This document shows, one piece after another, positions 11,955-25,500 of a DNA stretch of 64,000 nt (position 1 is the stretch's first letter; the number at the start of each line of letters is the position of its first letter). Where the stretch lies: positions 52,638,001-52,702,000 of the forward strand of contig NC_043007.1 of the NCBI RefSeq assembly GCF_006345805.1, in the 5' to 3' direction. The notes under the pieces are model-generated. The model saw only the letters and a list, made by a program, of their open reading frames with translations, was not told the DNA's origin and searched no databases. The DNA is from Octopus sinensis. Lineage: Eukaryota. The translations under genes were made by a program, and so were the position numbers.

Positions 11955-12979
11955 TTTTTGCTAGAATGGAACCGATATATCAATTCAATCTAGACTCTTA
12001 CAAACGCTACACCTTAAAAAAAAATGGACTTGTTTGATTGGCCCTTTAGAAATAACGGTCAATCTTCAAGCGTAAACAAAAAAAGCTCAAAAATATATGT
12101 ATATATATATAAAAAATTATAAAATTCGAGGAAAAAACCTTACATTGAATAAAATACATATTGACGTTAATGAAAAAAGTATAATTAATGCATAGAAATT
12201 AAAACCTATTATAAATATTACACTGCAATACATATTTATATTAAAGCATACATATATATATCAACATACACAGAAGGATGCATGCAAACGCCATACATAT
12301 ACAGACATAAATATAAATCTAAAATATACACATAAATGCATGCGTACATATATGCACGCAAGTTAAAATCATCGATGTAGCGATTCTCATATACTGAGTA
12401 AAGCTTAAGTCAGGGGGACGTAAAGTTGCATCAGTATCAGTTAGAGAAAAAAACGAAAGAAAGGAAGAGAGAGAAAAAGGAACGAAGAAGGGGGAAGGAA
12501 AAAAGAAAAAGGAGGGGTGGGGAAAAAACGAAATAAGAAAAATTATGTATACAAGCTGTGTAACCGCATTATTGACATATATGGAGACAAGTATACAAAT
12601 ACACAAGTTCGAATGGATACATACACATACAGTCGTGTATATGCGCGCTTAAGCACAAACATACGCTCACTTACACATATCCACAGATACGCATGCTTAC
12701 AAATACATATCCATGGCTATACACATACTTATATCAAAATTCTAATTTTTGACAACATTGCTTTTTTTTAAAAAAATGAGTGCAATAATAAAAAATATAT
12801 ACGAAAGACATATAAAATAAAATATAACACCCTATTTTGGATCACCTATAAATTAAAAATCGAGGTAATCCTATACAATACAATAACATGAAATAAACAA
12901 AGTCGAAAGTTTTTCCTAATGAAAAGCTATTGTATATTAGCAAAGATTCGAACCATCCACCAGTTATCCTTAGGAACTT

Positions 12980-15066
12980 TCTCAGAAAAATATACCTATC
13001 CCAGCACGGAAGCAATATCTGAAAGGTCTTATAGAGAAAACGGAAGAGTTTATTCGAAGATTGAGATGGAAAGCCTTCTTCTTTGATACTAAACAGAAAA
13101 TAGAAGGAAACAAATATGGATTTAAATCTCCCAGAAACCCGCCACCTATTCCGGAATTAGAAGCCTTCGAGAAAGACCTTTTCGAGCTTATTAGGAAAAT
13201 TAAATTCCGCAAATATACCAACCAATTACAGAGAAATATGAGAGAAAAAATTAAGGAGATTAACAACTCGAATAAGATCTTCGTTAATTCTGATAAGACA
13301 AGGAATTTATATGCACTTGATAAGGACGTTTATAAGCGCCTGATTTCGAATAGTGTCACAGACACATACAAAAAAGACAACACGAATATATACAAAGAGG
13401 TGAACTTAGAAGCAAGAGGAATAGCTAACGATCTGAAGATTAGCGATAGGATTGAATATCTTTCACCACGACCAGCTTTTATTACTCTGAAAGACCATAA
13501 AGCCAATTTTAATAGAAACCCCAAATGTAGATTGATAAATCCGGCTAAAACTGAGATAGGAATTATTAGCAAAAATATTTTGGACTGTATTTTAGTTAAG
13601 TAAGATAGTGAAGTAGACTTGAGAATTTGGAAGAATAGTAAGTCAGTCATAGAGTGGTTTAAAGGTATTAGCTATAAGAATAATTGTAGTTTCACACAAT
13701 TCGACATTATTGACTTTTACCCGTCAATATCTAGGACGTTGCTCCTAAGGGCATTGGACTTCGCCAAGCAGTATGTCAACATCGATAGCTCGGAAATTGA
13801 TATTATTATGCATGCGAGGAAATCGCTTCTTTTTTTTCCAGGATTCCACCTGGATTAAGAAGACTGAGGATACTCTTTTCGATGTACCGATGGGGGCATA
13901 CGACGGGGCTGAGTTATGTATGCTCATAGGAGCCTTTATTCTCCATAATCTAAAAATAGAATTCCCATTTATAGATGCAGGTTTATATAGGGATGACGGC
14001 CTTATAGCCACGCATAATCTAAACGGCCATGAATCAGATAGACTTAGGAAGGACCTCATTGCTTTCTTTCAAAGGATGGGCTTACGGGTTAAAATAGATG
14101 CTAACCTGAATAGTGTAGATTTTTTAGACGTAAATTTTAATGTAAGGTCGGATAGATTTAAACCTTTCCGTAAGCCCAATGAAAAGCTATCGTATATTAG
14201 CAAAGATTCGAACCATCCACCAGTTATCCTTAGGAACTTAGTCAGTAATGTAGGTAGAAGAATATCTTCAATTTCTTCGGACGAGGCAGCATTCCATAAT
14301 GCTGCACCTTATTACGATAGTGCATTAAAGAATAGTGGATTCTCTGAGAAGATCCAGTACAACCAGCTTAATGCTGGTAATAATGCTGCACGAAGAACTA
14401 GGACCAGGAAAGTTTTGTGGTTCAACCCGGCTTTCAATTTTGGCTGTAAAGACTAATATAGGTAAGGAATTTTTGAGATTAGTCTCTAAGCATTTTAAGC
14501 AGGGTCATAAATTCTATAGGATATTTAATAGAAGAACCCTGAAGGTTAGCTATTCTTGTTGCAGAAATTTCGCCTCTTACATTAGCCAGCATAATAGGAA
14601 GCTAATTGAGATTAGACATGGTGCCGAGCCCATTAAGAAATGCAATTGCAAAAACGAAAACTCCTGTCCGTTAAAAGGGAAATGTCTAGTGAAAGGAGTA
14701 GGCTCATCGGAATACAAGACATACACAGGGGCTTCAGAAAATTCATTTAAAACACGATTTTATTCACATAAAAATTCATTTAAATAACCAGAGAATAGGA
14801 AGAGGACCAGCCTAGCAAAATATGTCTGGGAACTAAAAGAAAAGGAAACCCCGCCTTTCAACGTGACATGGAGCATTCTGGACAGAGAGGCACCATACAG
14901 GCATGGAGCATACAGAAATAATTTTAAATGCAAACTTTGCCTATTAGAAAAAATGTACATTTTATTCAAAGACAATAATTCTTTGAATCAAAGAAGTGAG
15001 CTAATGAACTTATGTAGGCACGCAACTAAATTTAAAATGTCGAATATAAATATACCATATGGATAG
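12980..15066 (+). pseudogene. PLE RT-GIY-YIG polyprotein, disrupted by a few frameshifts and stops
   Basis: LRWKAFFF, DKTRNLY, LKDHK, CRLINP, QFDIIDFYPSI, FDVPMGAYDGAE, GLYRDDG, DFLDV, KVSYSC, CNCKNENSCPLKGKC, YTGASENSFKTR, CKLCLLEK, CRHATKF. Confidence 0.92.
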
Positions 15067-16154
15067 AGTATATATTTTGTATTTTTGATTTTTGAAATTT
15101 TGATTTTTGAAATTTTGATTTTGACTCTTGAACTAGTATGTAAACGCTACGATGGATTTTGTTTCGCGCTATGCAGATTTCATTCCGTATAGCAAAGTCT
15201 TATATTTCTACATATACATTAGGAAAAACCTTTGACTTTGTTTATTTCATGTTATTGTATTGTATAGGATTACCTTGATTTTTAATTTATAGATGATCCA
15301 AATAGGGTGTTATATTTTATTTTATATGCCTTTCGTATATATTTTTTATTATTGCACTCATTTTTTTTAAAAAAAGCAATGTTATCAAAAATTAGAATTT
15401 TGATATAAGTATGTGTATAGCCATGAATATGTATTTGTAAGCATGCGTATCTGTGGATATGTGTAAGTGAGCGTATGTTTGTGTTTAAGCGCACATATAC
15501 ACGACTGTATGTGTATGTATCCATTCGAACTTGTGTATTTGTATACTTGTCTCCATATATGTCAATAATGCGGCTACTCAGTTTGTTACATAATTTTTCT
15601 TATTTCGTTTTTCCCCACCCTTCATTTTTCTTTTTTCCTTCCCCTTTCTTCGTTCCCTTTCCTCTCTCTTCCTTTCTTTCGTTTTTTTCTCTAACTGATA
15701 CTGATGTAATTTTACATCCCCCTTACTTAAGCTTTACTCAGTATATGAGAATCGCTACATCGATGATTTTAACTTGCGTGCGAGATAGATTGCGGACATA
15801 TATGTACGCATGCATTTATGTATATATTTTAGATTTATGTTTATATGAATACGTTTATATGTATGGTGTTTGCACGCATCCTTCTGTCTATGTTGATATA
15901 TATATGTACGCTTTAATATAAATATGTATTGCAGTGTAATATTTATAATAGGTTTTAATTTCTATGCATTAATTATACTTTCTTCATTAACGTCAATATG
16001 TATTTTATTCAATGTAAGGTTTTTTCCTCGAATTTTATAATTTTTTATATATATATACATACATATATACATAATTATATATATACATACATCTATAAAT
16101 ATATATATATACATACATATATATATAGACACACACACACACACATATATAGAC

Positions 16155-16189
<35 letters not shown>

Positions 16190-18769
16190 CATATATGTAT
16201 ACATATGTATATATATATACATATATGTACATTTTATTCAAAGACAATAATTCTTTGAATCAAAGAAGTGAGCTAATGAATTTATGTAGGCACGCAACTA
16301 AATTTAAAATGTCGAATATAAATATACCATATGGATATAGTATATATTTTGTATTTTTGATTTTGACTCTTGAACTAGTATGTAAACGCTACGATGGATT
16401 TTGTTTCGCGCTATGCAGATTTCATTCCGTATAGCAAAGTCTTATATTTCTACATATACATTAGGAAAAACCTTTGACTTTGTTTATTTCATGTTATTGT
16501 ATTGTATAGGATTACCTTGATTTTTAATTTATAGATGATCCAAATAGGGTGTTATATTTTATTTTATATGCCTTTCGTATATATTTTTTATTATTGCACT
16601 CATTTTTTAAAAAAAAATCAATGTTATCAAAAATTAGAATTTTGATATAAGTATGTGTATAGCCATGAATATGTATTTGTAAGCATGCGTATCTGTGGAT
16701 ATGTGTAAGTGAGCGTATGTTTGTGTTTAAGCGCACATATACACGACTGTATGTGTATGTATCCATTCGAACTTGTGTATTTGTATACTTGTCTCCATAT
16801 ATGTCAATAATGCGGCTACTCAGTTTGTTACATAATTTTTCTTATTTCGTTTTTTCCCCACCCCTCATTTTTCTTTTTTCCTTCCCCTTTCTTCGTTCCC
16901 TTTCCTCTCTCTTCCTTTCTTTCGTTTTTTTCTCTAACTGATACTGATGTAATTTTACATCCCCCTTACTTAAGATTTACTCAGTATATGAGAATCGCTA
17001 CATCGATGATTTTAACTTGCGTGCGAGATAGATTGCGGACATATATGTACGCATGCATTTATGTGTATATTTTAGATTTATGTTTATATAAATACGTTTA
17101 TATGTATGGTGTTTGCACGCATCCTTCTGTCTATGTTGATATATATATGTACGCTTTAATATAAATATGTGTTGCAGTGTAATATTTATAATAGGTTTTA
17201 ATTTCTATGCATTAATTATACTTTCTTCATTAACGTCAATATGTATTTGATTCAATGTAAGGTTTCTTCCTCGAATTTTATAATTTTATATATATATATA
17301 CATAATTATATATATACATACATCTATAAATATATATATATACATACATATATATATATATAGACACACACACACACACATATATAGACACACACACATA
17401 TATATATATACATATATGTATACATATGTATATATACATACATATATGTACATTTTATTCAAAGACAATAATTCTTTGAATCAAAGAAGTGAGCTAATGA
17501 ACTTATGTAGGCACGCAACTAAATTTAAAATGTCGAATATAAATATACCATATGGATAGAGTATATATTTTGTATTTTTGATTTTTGAAATTTTGATTTT
17601 GACTCTTGAACTAGTATGTAAACGCTACGATGGATTTTGTTTCGCGCTATGCAGATTTCATTCCGTATAGCAAAGTCTTATATTTCTACATATACATTAG
17701 GAAAAACCTTTGACTTTGTTTATTTCATGTTATTGTATTGTATAGGATTACCTCGATTTTTAATTTATAGATGATCTAAAATAGGGTGTTATATTTTATT
17801 TTATATGTCTTTCGTATATATTTTTTATTATTGCACTCATTTTTTTTAAATGTTGTCAAAAATTAGAATTTTGATATAAGTATGTGTATAGCCATGGATA
17901 TGTATTTGTAAGCATGCGTATCTGTGTATGTGTAAGTGAGCATATGTTTGTCCTTAAGCACACATATACACGACTATGTGTATGTATCTATTCGAACTTG
18001 TGTATTTGTATACTTGTCTCCATATATGTCAATAATGCGGTTACACAGCTTGTATACATAATTTTTCTTATTTCGTTTTTTTCCCCACCCCTCCTTTTTC
18101 TTTTTTCCTTCCCCCTTCTTCGTTCCTTTTTCTCTCTTCCTTTCTTTCGTTTTTTTCTCTAACTGATACTGATGCAACTTTACGTCCCCCTTACTTAAGC
18201 TTTACTCAGTATATGAGAATCGCTACATTGATGATTTTAACTTGCATGCGAGATAGATTGCGTGCATTTATGTGTATATTTTAGATTTATATTTATGTCT
18301 GTATATGTATGGCGTTTGCACGCATCCTTCTGTGTATGTTGATATATATATGTATGCTTTAATATAAATATGTATTGCAGTGTAATATTTATAATAGGTT
18401 TTAATTTCTATGCATTAATTATACTTTTTTCATTAACGTCAATATGTATTTTATTCAATGTAAGGTTTTTTCCTCGAATTTTATAATTTTTTATATATAT
18501 ATACATATATTTTTGAGCTTTTTTTGTTTACGCTTGAAGATTGACCGTTATTTCTAAAGGGCCAATCAAACAAGTCCATTTTTTTTAAAAGTGTAGCGTT
18601 TGTAAGAGTCTAGATTGAATTGATATATCGGTTCCATTCTAGCAAAAACTCAGAGTAACAGATTTTGTTGAATTTTCTGCTGCTTTAAATAAAGTATACA
18701 TATATATATATACACACATATATAAATATATATATACATATATATATATACACACACACATATATATAT

Positions 18770-18800
<31 letters not shown>

Positions 18801-18818
18801 ATATAAATAATATATCTA

Positions 18819-19420
18819 CAGTTGCGGCCAAAATGTTCAGAATGGCATTGTTTTCGTTAGAAAAGTAGGTATAAGTTTTTATCAAAGTTGTTTTATATTT
18901 TATAATTTTCACAGACAATAAATACAATATTAATTGTTATTGTCTGAGATTTTGGTGTAATTTGAGAGGATAATACAAAAGTTATGGATGATTTAGTGAT
19001 TTACTGCAAAACCCATGGCAGCCAAAATGATCAGAACGGTTGTTTTTACTCCGTGTTTTAGTATATTTAACCGGCGAACTCTAATGTTTCGAATTTGTTT
19101 ATGTGACGGTTCATTTACTAAACATTAGTAAGAATATTTGCAGTGTACTTTGTTAATATAATGCCACTTACTCCGTTACCAATTCGTCAGCAGACTATTA
19201 AGCTTCGAAGGAAGGATAATTTAAGTATTGGATCTATTGCAAAGATTGTTAATAAGTCAAAAAGTGTTGTACACAGTATTCTTAAGGTCTACGATGATTG
19301 TGGTTCGTGTGAAGCAAGAAAGTTTACAGGTAGGCCAAAAAAAACGACCAAGAGAGATCGTGCTATGGTAAAGTTGGTTAAAAAGGATAGATTTAAAACT
19401 GCTGCTTTTTATTCTTGGTG
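18819..19420 (+). mobile_element. Tc1-like transposon left end (IR/DR-type TIR) with the N-terminal DNA-binding part of the transposase
   Basis: TA|CAGTTG start. The motif gccaaaatg.tcagaa is repeated at ~18827 and 19021. ORF 19143-19421 reads IAKIVNKSKSVVHSIL...TGRPKKTTKRDR, a paired-like HTH plus GRPK hook. Confidence 0.8.
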
Positions 19421-19423
19421 AAC

Positions 19424-19910
19424 AGACTTATCACATCTAGACTCACCATCTGGTTGGATTAAATGGGGTATCCTTAATCAATTCTGTGAAGTGGGTGAAA
19501 TTCTTCACATACAATGTTAACTTTCCTGCTAATGGACTGATTATATCCACAAGGAAGCAGCTCAGTGGATGACATGCTGAACCTCTACAGCTCACTATAC
19601 GTCTTAATGGAATACCATTCTTGTGAATCTTAGGAAGACCGTACATGTGTGGTAGTTTACTGTTGAGTTGAGTCAGTTGTCTGTACTTGATTGGTGTAAA
19701 GTGATCCTTGTTCTGGATCAAGATCTGTAACAACTTCCTCTCTGTTTTCAAAGTAGGGTCTTGCTGTAGGACTTCAGTCTTCATTTTCTGACATTTGAGT
19801 TTCATAAACTTCTGAATCTGGCGTGCCTTCACCATTTCAAAATAAGGGTAGATGAATATCGCAAAGCTGTGACACAGGGAGATATTGATAAATCAGGTAT
19901 AGCTAGAAGA
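19424..19910. mobile_element. Penelope/Poseidon-type PLE fragments joined head-to-head: RT on the minus strand, GIY-YIG piece on the plus strand
   Basis: 19443-19835 (-) reads PHMYGLPKIHKNGIPLRRIVS. From 19836 (+) I translate FKIRVDEYRKAVTQGDIDKSGIA, resembling the GIY-YIG RxxEH...KSxIAEH region. Confidence 0.7.
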
Positions 19911-20048
19911 AGCAGCACATATGCTAGGACACAAAAACCTCCTAAACAGACCGAGTGCAGATATAAACAGCGTATGGGAACTGGTATTAAAGAAGGATAA
20001 GAGAATATTAGATTTCTAAGCCCTAAAATTCACTCCATAATTGCCCAC

Positions 20049-20285
20049 GGGCATATGGTATAGTGGTTAAGAGCACGGGCTACTAACCCCAAGATTCTGA
20101 GTTCGATACCAGGCAATGACCTTAATAATAATAATAATAATAATAACATCGAAAAATATATTAGGAATGAGAACCCTGGTTCAAAATTTCCCAAACACAC
20201 CTGATGAAGGCTGGAAGGTATATCAGCCAAAACGTGTTAACAACAAAGATGAGGACAAATATCTGTCAAATATAAATAATGAACT
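20049..20285 (+). mobile_element. tRNA-derived SINE with an (AAT)n spacer and a hammerhead-like 3' tail
   Basis: Box A TGGTATAGTGG and box B GAGTTCGATACC (20099-20110), then (AAT)n at 20123-20146, then CUGAUGA-AGGCUG..CAGCC-AAAAC-GUGUU at 20201-20237 (G12 reads A). Confidence 0.7.
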
Positions 20286-20500
20286 GGTGAAGGGTCGTTC
20301 TTTCTGTTTGCTTTGTTTCCCATTTTTTTCTTTCATCGAAAGAATAGTTTATGTTCTATGTACTCGTGCTTTGTACTTTTTTGTTGTACACATTTTGTGA
20401 TATACTGTACCCACATATGCATATATATGTATGTATAGATGTATGTACATATACATATGCATATTATTATATGATTGAATGCCACGCATCCTCTTCCAAG

Positions 20501-20757
20501 TTTTCGTCAGAAAAGTACGTATAAGTTTTTATCAAAGTTGTTTTATATTCTATAATTTTCACAGACAATAAATACAATATTAATTGTTATTGTCTGAGAT
20601 TTTGGTGTAATTTGAGAGGATAATACAAAAGTTATGGATTATTTAGTGATTTACTGCAAAACCCATGGCGGCCAAAATGATCAGAACAGTTGATTTTACT
20701 CCGTGTTTTAGTATATTTAACCGGTGAACTCTAATGTTTTGAATTTGTTTACGTGAC
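20501..20757 (+). repeat. Direct duplicate of the Tc1 left-end segment 18851-19107
   Basis: 257-bp near-identical copy in the same orientation. Confidence 0.9.
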
Positions 20758-20779
20758 ACACACATATATATATATATAA

Positions 20780-20835
<56 letters not shown>

Positions 20836-20854
20836 ATAATAGATATCTGTATAC

Positions 20855-20920
20855 AGATGGCGGTGCCCCAGCATGGCCACAGCTCATAAGCTGAAACTGG
20901 AAAAATCAAAATCAAAAATC
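20855..20920 (+). mobile_element. SINE 3' tail fragment
   Basis: ggcggtgccccagcatggcc matches the SINE 3' region at 29435-29456. Confidence 0.55.
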
Positions 20921-22288
20921 ATACATCAGGTCATCCCATAATTTCTGTCCGATTTTACCTTTTTTTAAACTAAATGAAATTTAATAGTATTTTAGAATGT
21001 CTAATGGAATTAAAAATTATTTTTATGCATTTCTGTACATTTAAACTAATTAAATATTATTTTACAGAATAATAGAATTAAAATTTCTTTGATTAAAACC
21101 CTTTCTAACATGGAAGTATCCAAAGAGCATTTGAGGCACATAATGCTTTATGAGTACAAAAAAGGAAACTCTGCAGCCGAAGCAACTTGAAACACACCCT
21201 CAGTTTATGGGAAAGAATGCTTAAATGAAAGAACTTGCAGAAGATGGTTTGCAAAATTCAGAAGTGGAGATTTCAGCCTTGAAGATGAAGATTGAACAGG
21301 ATGTCCAGTTGAGTTTGATGATAAGCTCCTTGAGGCATTACTTGAAGAAAATCCTTCATTATCAGTTGAAGAATTGGTAATAAAGCTTAGTTCAAACCAT
21401 ACAACTGTTCATCGTCATCTTCAACAACTTGGAAAGGTTTCTAAATTTGGAAAATGGGTGCCTCATGAATTGTCTGAAAGCAACCATAAATCCTGAGTTG
21501 AGATCTGCTCTTCTCTCCATTCTCATGAACTCATTTAACCCTTTTTGGATAGACATGTGACTGGTGACAAAAAATGGACCTTCTATTGAAATGTTAAATG
21601 TCGTAAACAGTGGCTTGGTAAAAGGGAAAAGACTCAACCACAACTGAGGAGGGAACTTTATGGGGAAAAGGTTCTCTCTATCTGATAGGATTGCAAAGAA
21701 GTAATTCACTTTGAATTGTTACCGCTTAATGCAACAGTTAATGCTCAAGCCTACTGTCAGCAATTAGAACATTTGAACCAAGCTTTGAAGAATAAAAAGA
21801 CCCGCTTTAGTGAATAGAAAAGGAGTGATGTTTCATCAGGACAATGTGTGACCCCACACTGGAAAGATCACATCACAGAAGATAGAAGAGCTTGGTTGTG
21901 AAAAAATTCCTCATTCACTTTATTCTTCTGACCTTGCTCCTTCAGACTACCATTTGTTTCATAGTTTACAGAATCATTTGAGGGATATAACTTTCGCAAG
22001 CCAGGAGGAGGTCAAAACTGACATTTCAGAGTTCTTCGCTTTGAAGCCAAAAGAGTTTTACATTCATGGTATTAAAAAGCTTGTATGGAAAGTCATAGAT
22101 AATCAAGGAAAGTACATTGATGATTAAATTTCAATTAAATATAACATTTGATCACTTATTCATAGTTATCACCAAGCTAGTATGGCAGTCCATAAATATA
22201 CGACAAATGCTGTCGTTGATTAGCTCCAAGAGGCCATTATAACCTTCAAACAGGGCAGATCAGCCGCTTCCCCTTGCTGGTCAGGCAT

Positions 22289-22329
22289 TTGCAGACTAGT
22301 TTCAGGGTATTTGCCCCTTATGAATGCAG
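22289..22329 (-). ncRNA. Type-I HHR, U3-A8 variant, inverted copy (G5 mutated to C)
   Basis: Minus strand CUGCA-UUCAUAA-GGGG-CAAAUA-CCCU-GAAAC-UA-GUC-UGCAA. Confidence 0.6.
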
Positions 22330-22570
22330 AGCAGCCAAACCCAGCAGGCTTCGCTACTGACCATCTGTTCAAAGGATTATTTACTTAAATTCAGTGGACT
22401 GCCATATTAGCTTGGTGATAACTATTAATATCCAGTATCGCTGCCGTAGTCACCTTTAGAGAGACTTAGAAATAATAATATTTCTATTTTTGAAAACCAG
22501 TGGATATATTCCACTGAAGTTAGGTATATAATCCTTCGAACAGACGGTCAGTAGAGACGCCTTCTGGGTT

Positions 22571-25500
22571 CGTCCACTTTGCGTTTATTTTTCCTCAGCG
22601 ATTTGGTGAGTTGTACTGTTGTTCTACTGTTGATTTTTTGTTAATTTTGTTAATGATCCGTTGTTGAATTTTCTGTAATTTGAATGTCGCTGTTAATATT
22701 TTTTCGCTCCTTTTGTAAGGAGAATTTGTGAACTACGTGTATGAAAATTTTTGCGAACTCTTTTCCGTGAAGGAAAATTTAATTCTTCTGTAAAATGGAA
22801 GACACCATGATGGAAAATTTACATTTTCTGAGCGAAGTTGACTTCCCGCTTTTGCAGGGAGAAAATTTGTTAGAAAAAGTCATTCCTGAAGTTAACCAAG
22901 TTAACCCAGTAAACCAAGTTAACCCAGTTAAACAAATTATCCTAGTTGAAAAAAAAGGTAAACAGATTTTCTGCCGCCGTTCGCGGCCAATTTGTGGATT
23001 TGGAAGTGTCTAAAGAACACCTATTTAAATATAGAAACTTAATCAAAAGAACCAGCAATGAAACAAGGCTAATACCACCAAAGGAAATTATTCAGAATTT
23101 AGAAGTGAGAACTGTTGTGTACAAAACTTACAACAGAAAGGAAAAAAGAATTATGGTTGTGAGAACGGACCTAATTGAGAAATGTTTAGCCCCCATTTGG
23201 GGAAAAATAAAATAAGTAGGGAAAGGCCCGCGTATTGCAACAGTTGAGGCGCAATTCGAAAACGCCGAAATAGCGAAGGAAGTGTCCACAGAGACACTGA
23301 TAACGGATGAAATTTTATTACTGCCAACGTATCTCGGACAGAGAACCGCAAAAATAATAATTGAGGAGAATCCGTCCGGGTACGACGTATACTGGTTAGC
23401 GCAAGCACTAATTCACGACGCAGAGGAGGAAATAAATATTCTTTCTATGAAAAAAAGAGAGGCAATAAATTGAAAAGGCCAGGCACTGGAATTGGTGGTC
23501 CAAGCATCAAATGAAACTCTAGAATCTAGACCAGATAGAATTTTCATAAGAGAGGGACTGAGCGTGAGAGTGTCGGTGGAGGGACGGCGGCCTAGATGCT
23601 ACAAATGTGGCGAGGAAGTTCGCTCCGAGTGCGAAAAAGTAAAAACACCGATGCAGAAGAAAGAAGTGGTCCCTCCCCAACTGGAAAAAGACCAAGTACA
23701 AAAAGCAAAAGAAGGAAAAAGTAAAACGACAGAAGAAACAAGTAAAACAAATAAAAGTCAAGAAAAAGAGAAGCCACCAGAAAGAGAAAGAAACAACAGA
23801 TCCAATGGAGTATACAGTAGTAACACATAAAAGAAAAAATCCCTTGGCCCTGAATCCCCTCCCCTTACAAGAAAAAGAAAAGAGACAATGCAAAACACAC
23901 AAAAAAAGATACCCCCATCCACTTCGAAATCGAAACCCACTCACAAAGACATACAAGTAGAAAAGAAAATGGTCTCCTACAACACAAAAAATATGGTGTT
24001 GCATGAGATAATAACAAAAATTAATTGTACGGTGTTCGATCCTATACAAGGACAACCAGAACACATGCGACTAACAAGAATAAATGAAGAACATTTTGAA
24101 CAATTCAAAAAAAGGTACACAAAAGACATTTTTGATGTCAGTAATTTTATTGTGAAAGAGAAAATTATTCTAGTACCAATGGCTACACCAGATGCAAAAG
24201 ATACAGGAGGAGAGGAAGACGAAAGCCATGAAGACCCTCCTCAAACCTAGAGGAAAAGAAGGTAAAGAAAAATATTTTTATCACAATTAATTTAGGGTGT
24301 ATAAATATGCATGGCCTGGGGTGGAAAGGGAAGCAGACATGCCTCTTAGACGACCTCAGGTCACGGAAGATAGATATATGTGTTGTGACTGAGTCCAAGC
24401 TGAATGGGCCACAGGCGTTCTCTCCTCTTCTGAATGACTACGAGAAGTTTATTTCTCCAAGTCAAGGAAGGGGTAGGGGCGTGGTGGTGCTGATAAAAAA
24501 AAAACTTGGCCGTACAGGTAACTAGTCTTTCTAGACCCAGAAGGTAGGTTGGTCGTTCTAGATGTGACACATGTGAGTAAGCAGTCCTTCAAGTTGGTGG
24601 CAGTCTATGCTCCAAAAGGGGATAGTCAAACAGTCTTTTTTCGGGACTTGGAGAATTTCCTAGTAACGTCGAAAACTTTAGTTTTAACAGGAGACTTCAA
24701 CACTATTCTCAACGTGCGGGTGGATAGTGTAGGCTCGAATAACAGAAGAGGAAGCCCTGGCCTAAAAAGGCTACTAGCGAGCTATAAACTAGTAGACCGC
24801 TACAGACTGGATGAACAGCTTGTTCCACAGTGAACGTGGTCTAATAACGACGGTTCACACAGGTCTTACTTAGATAGGGTTATAATAAAAGATAATGACA
24901 GAGATATGGTTAGTTGTCCACATTTTCACTGTACCTCTTACACGGATCACAAATTTGTGACATATGAGGTGCAGTTAGCTAAGTGTCATAGTCAGGGACC
25001 CGGGTATTGGAAGCTGAACAAGTCTATTTTGACTAGTAAAGTCTTCCGTACCCGGGTTAAGGAGTTAGTACAGAGGGCATTATGCGGAGCTGTCGTAAAC
25101 AACAGATGGTGGTGCGCCCTCAAACGAGCCATTCGTTTAGAGTCTCTCAGATTTAGTAAAGAGCCAAGTTTAGAGGGAACTAGAATAGATGGGCAGTTAA
25201 CTAAGGAATTAGAGGAGGCCATAGCATCAGGCTCTGCATCCAGAGTGTTGGCGGCGAGAACGGTATTGTTCCGGCACCTCCAAGCCAAACATGAAGGGTG
25301 TACAGTGAGGGCTAAGTTACGCGCGGTGGGCAGAGAAGGTATTAATGTTGCTGGATGGGCCCGTTGTGTGGAGAGTCGGAAAGGCAGAGAAGGCTCTGTA
25401 CAGTCTTTAATTGACGAGCAGGGTCGCTTGATCAAAGGACAGGAGGAGATGCAGAAGGCCTTTCATCAGCATTTTGCCCGGTTATTTGGGACGAGCAAGG

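Larger units (their letters stand above)
11815..18694 (+). mobile_element. Composite Penelope-like element (tentatively Hydra-clade-like): inverted 3' UTR copy, ORF, and three tandem 3' units
   Basis: 11884-12921 is the reverse complement of 17695-18694. Tandem units start at atgtacattttattc (14953, 16225, 17446). Both ends abut TA microsatellites. Confidence 0.88.

Noticed and set aside
20049-20115. tRNA genes at the SINE heads (also 29103)
   Set aside because: No complete acceptor stem or cloverleaf is evident, and each continues into repeat bodies.
20920-20930. Non-canonical CA target duplication for the mariner
   Set aside because: Both ends abut CA/TA microsatellite and the TIR tips are degenerate, so the TSD cannot be defined.
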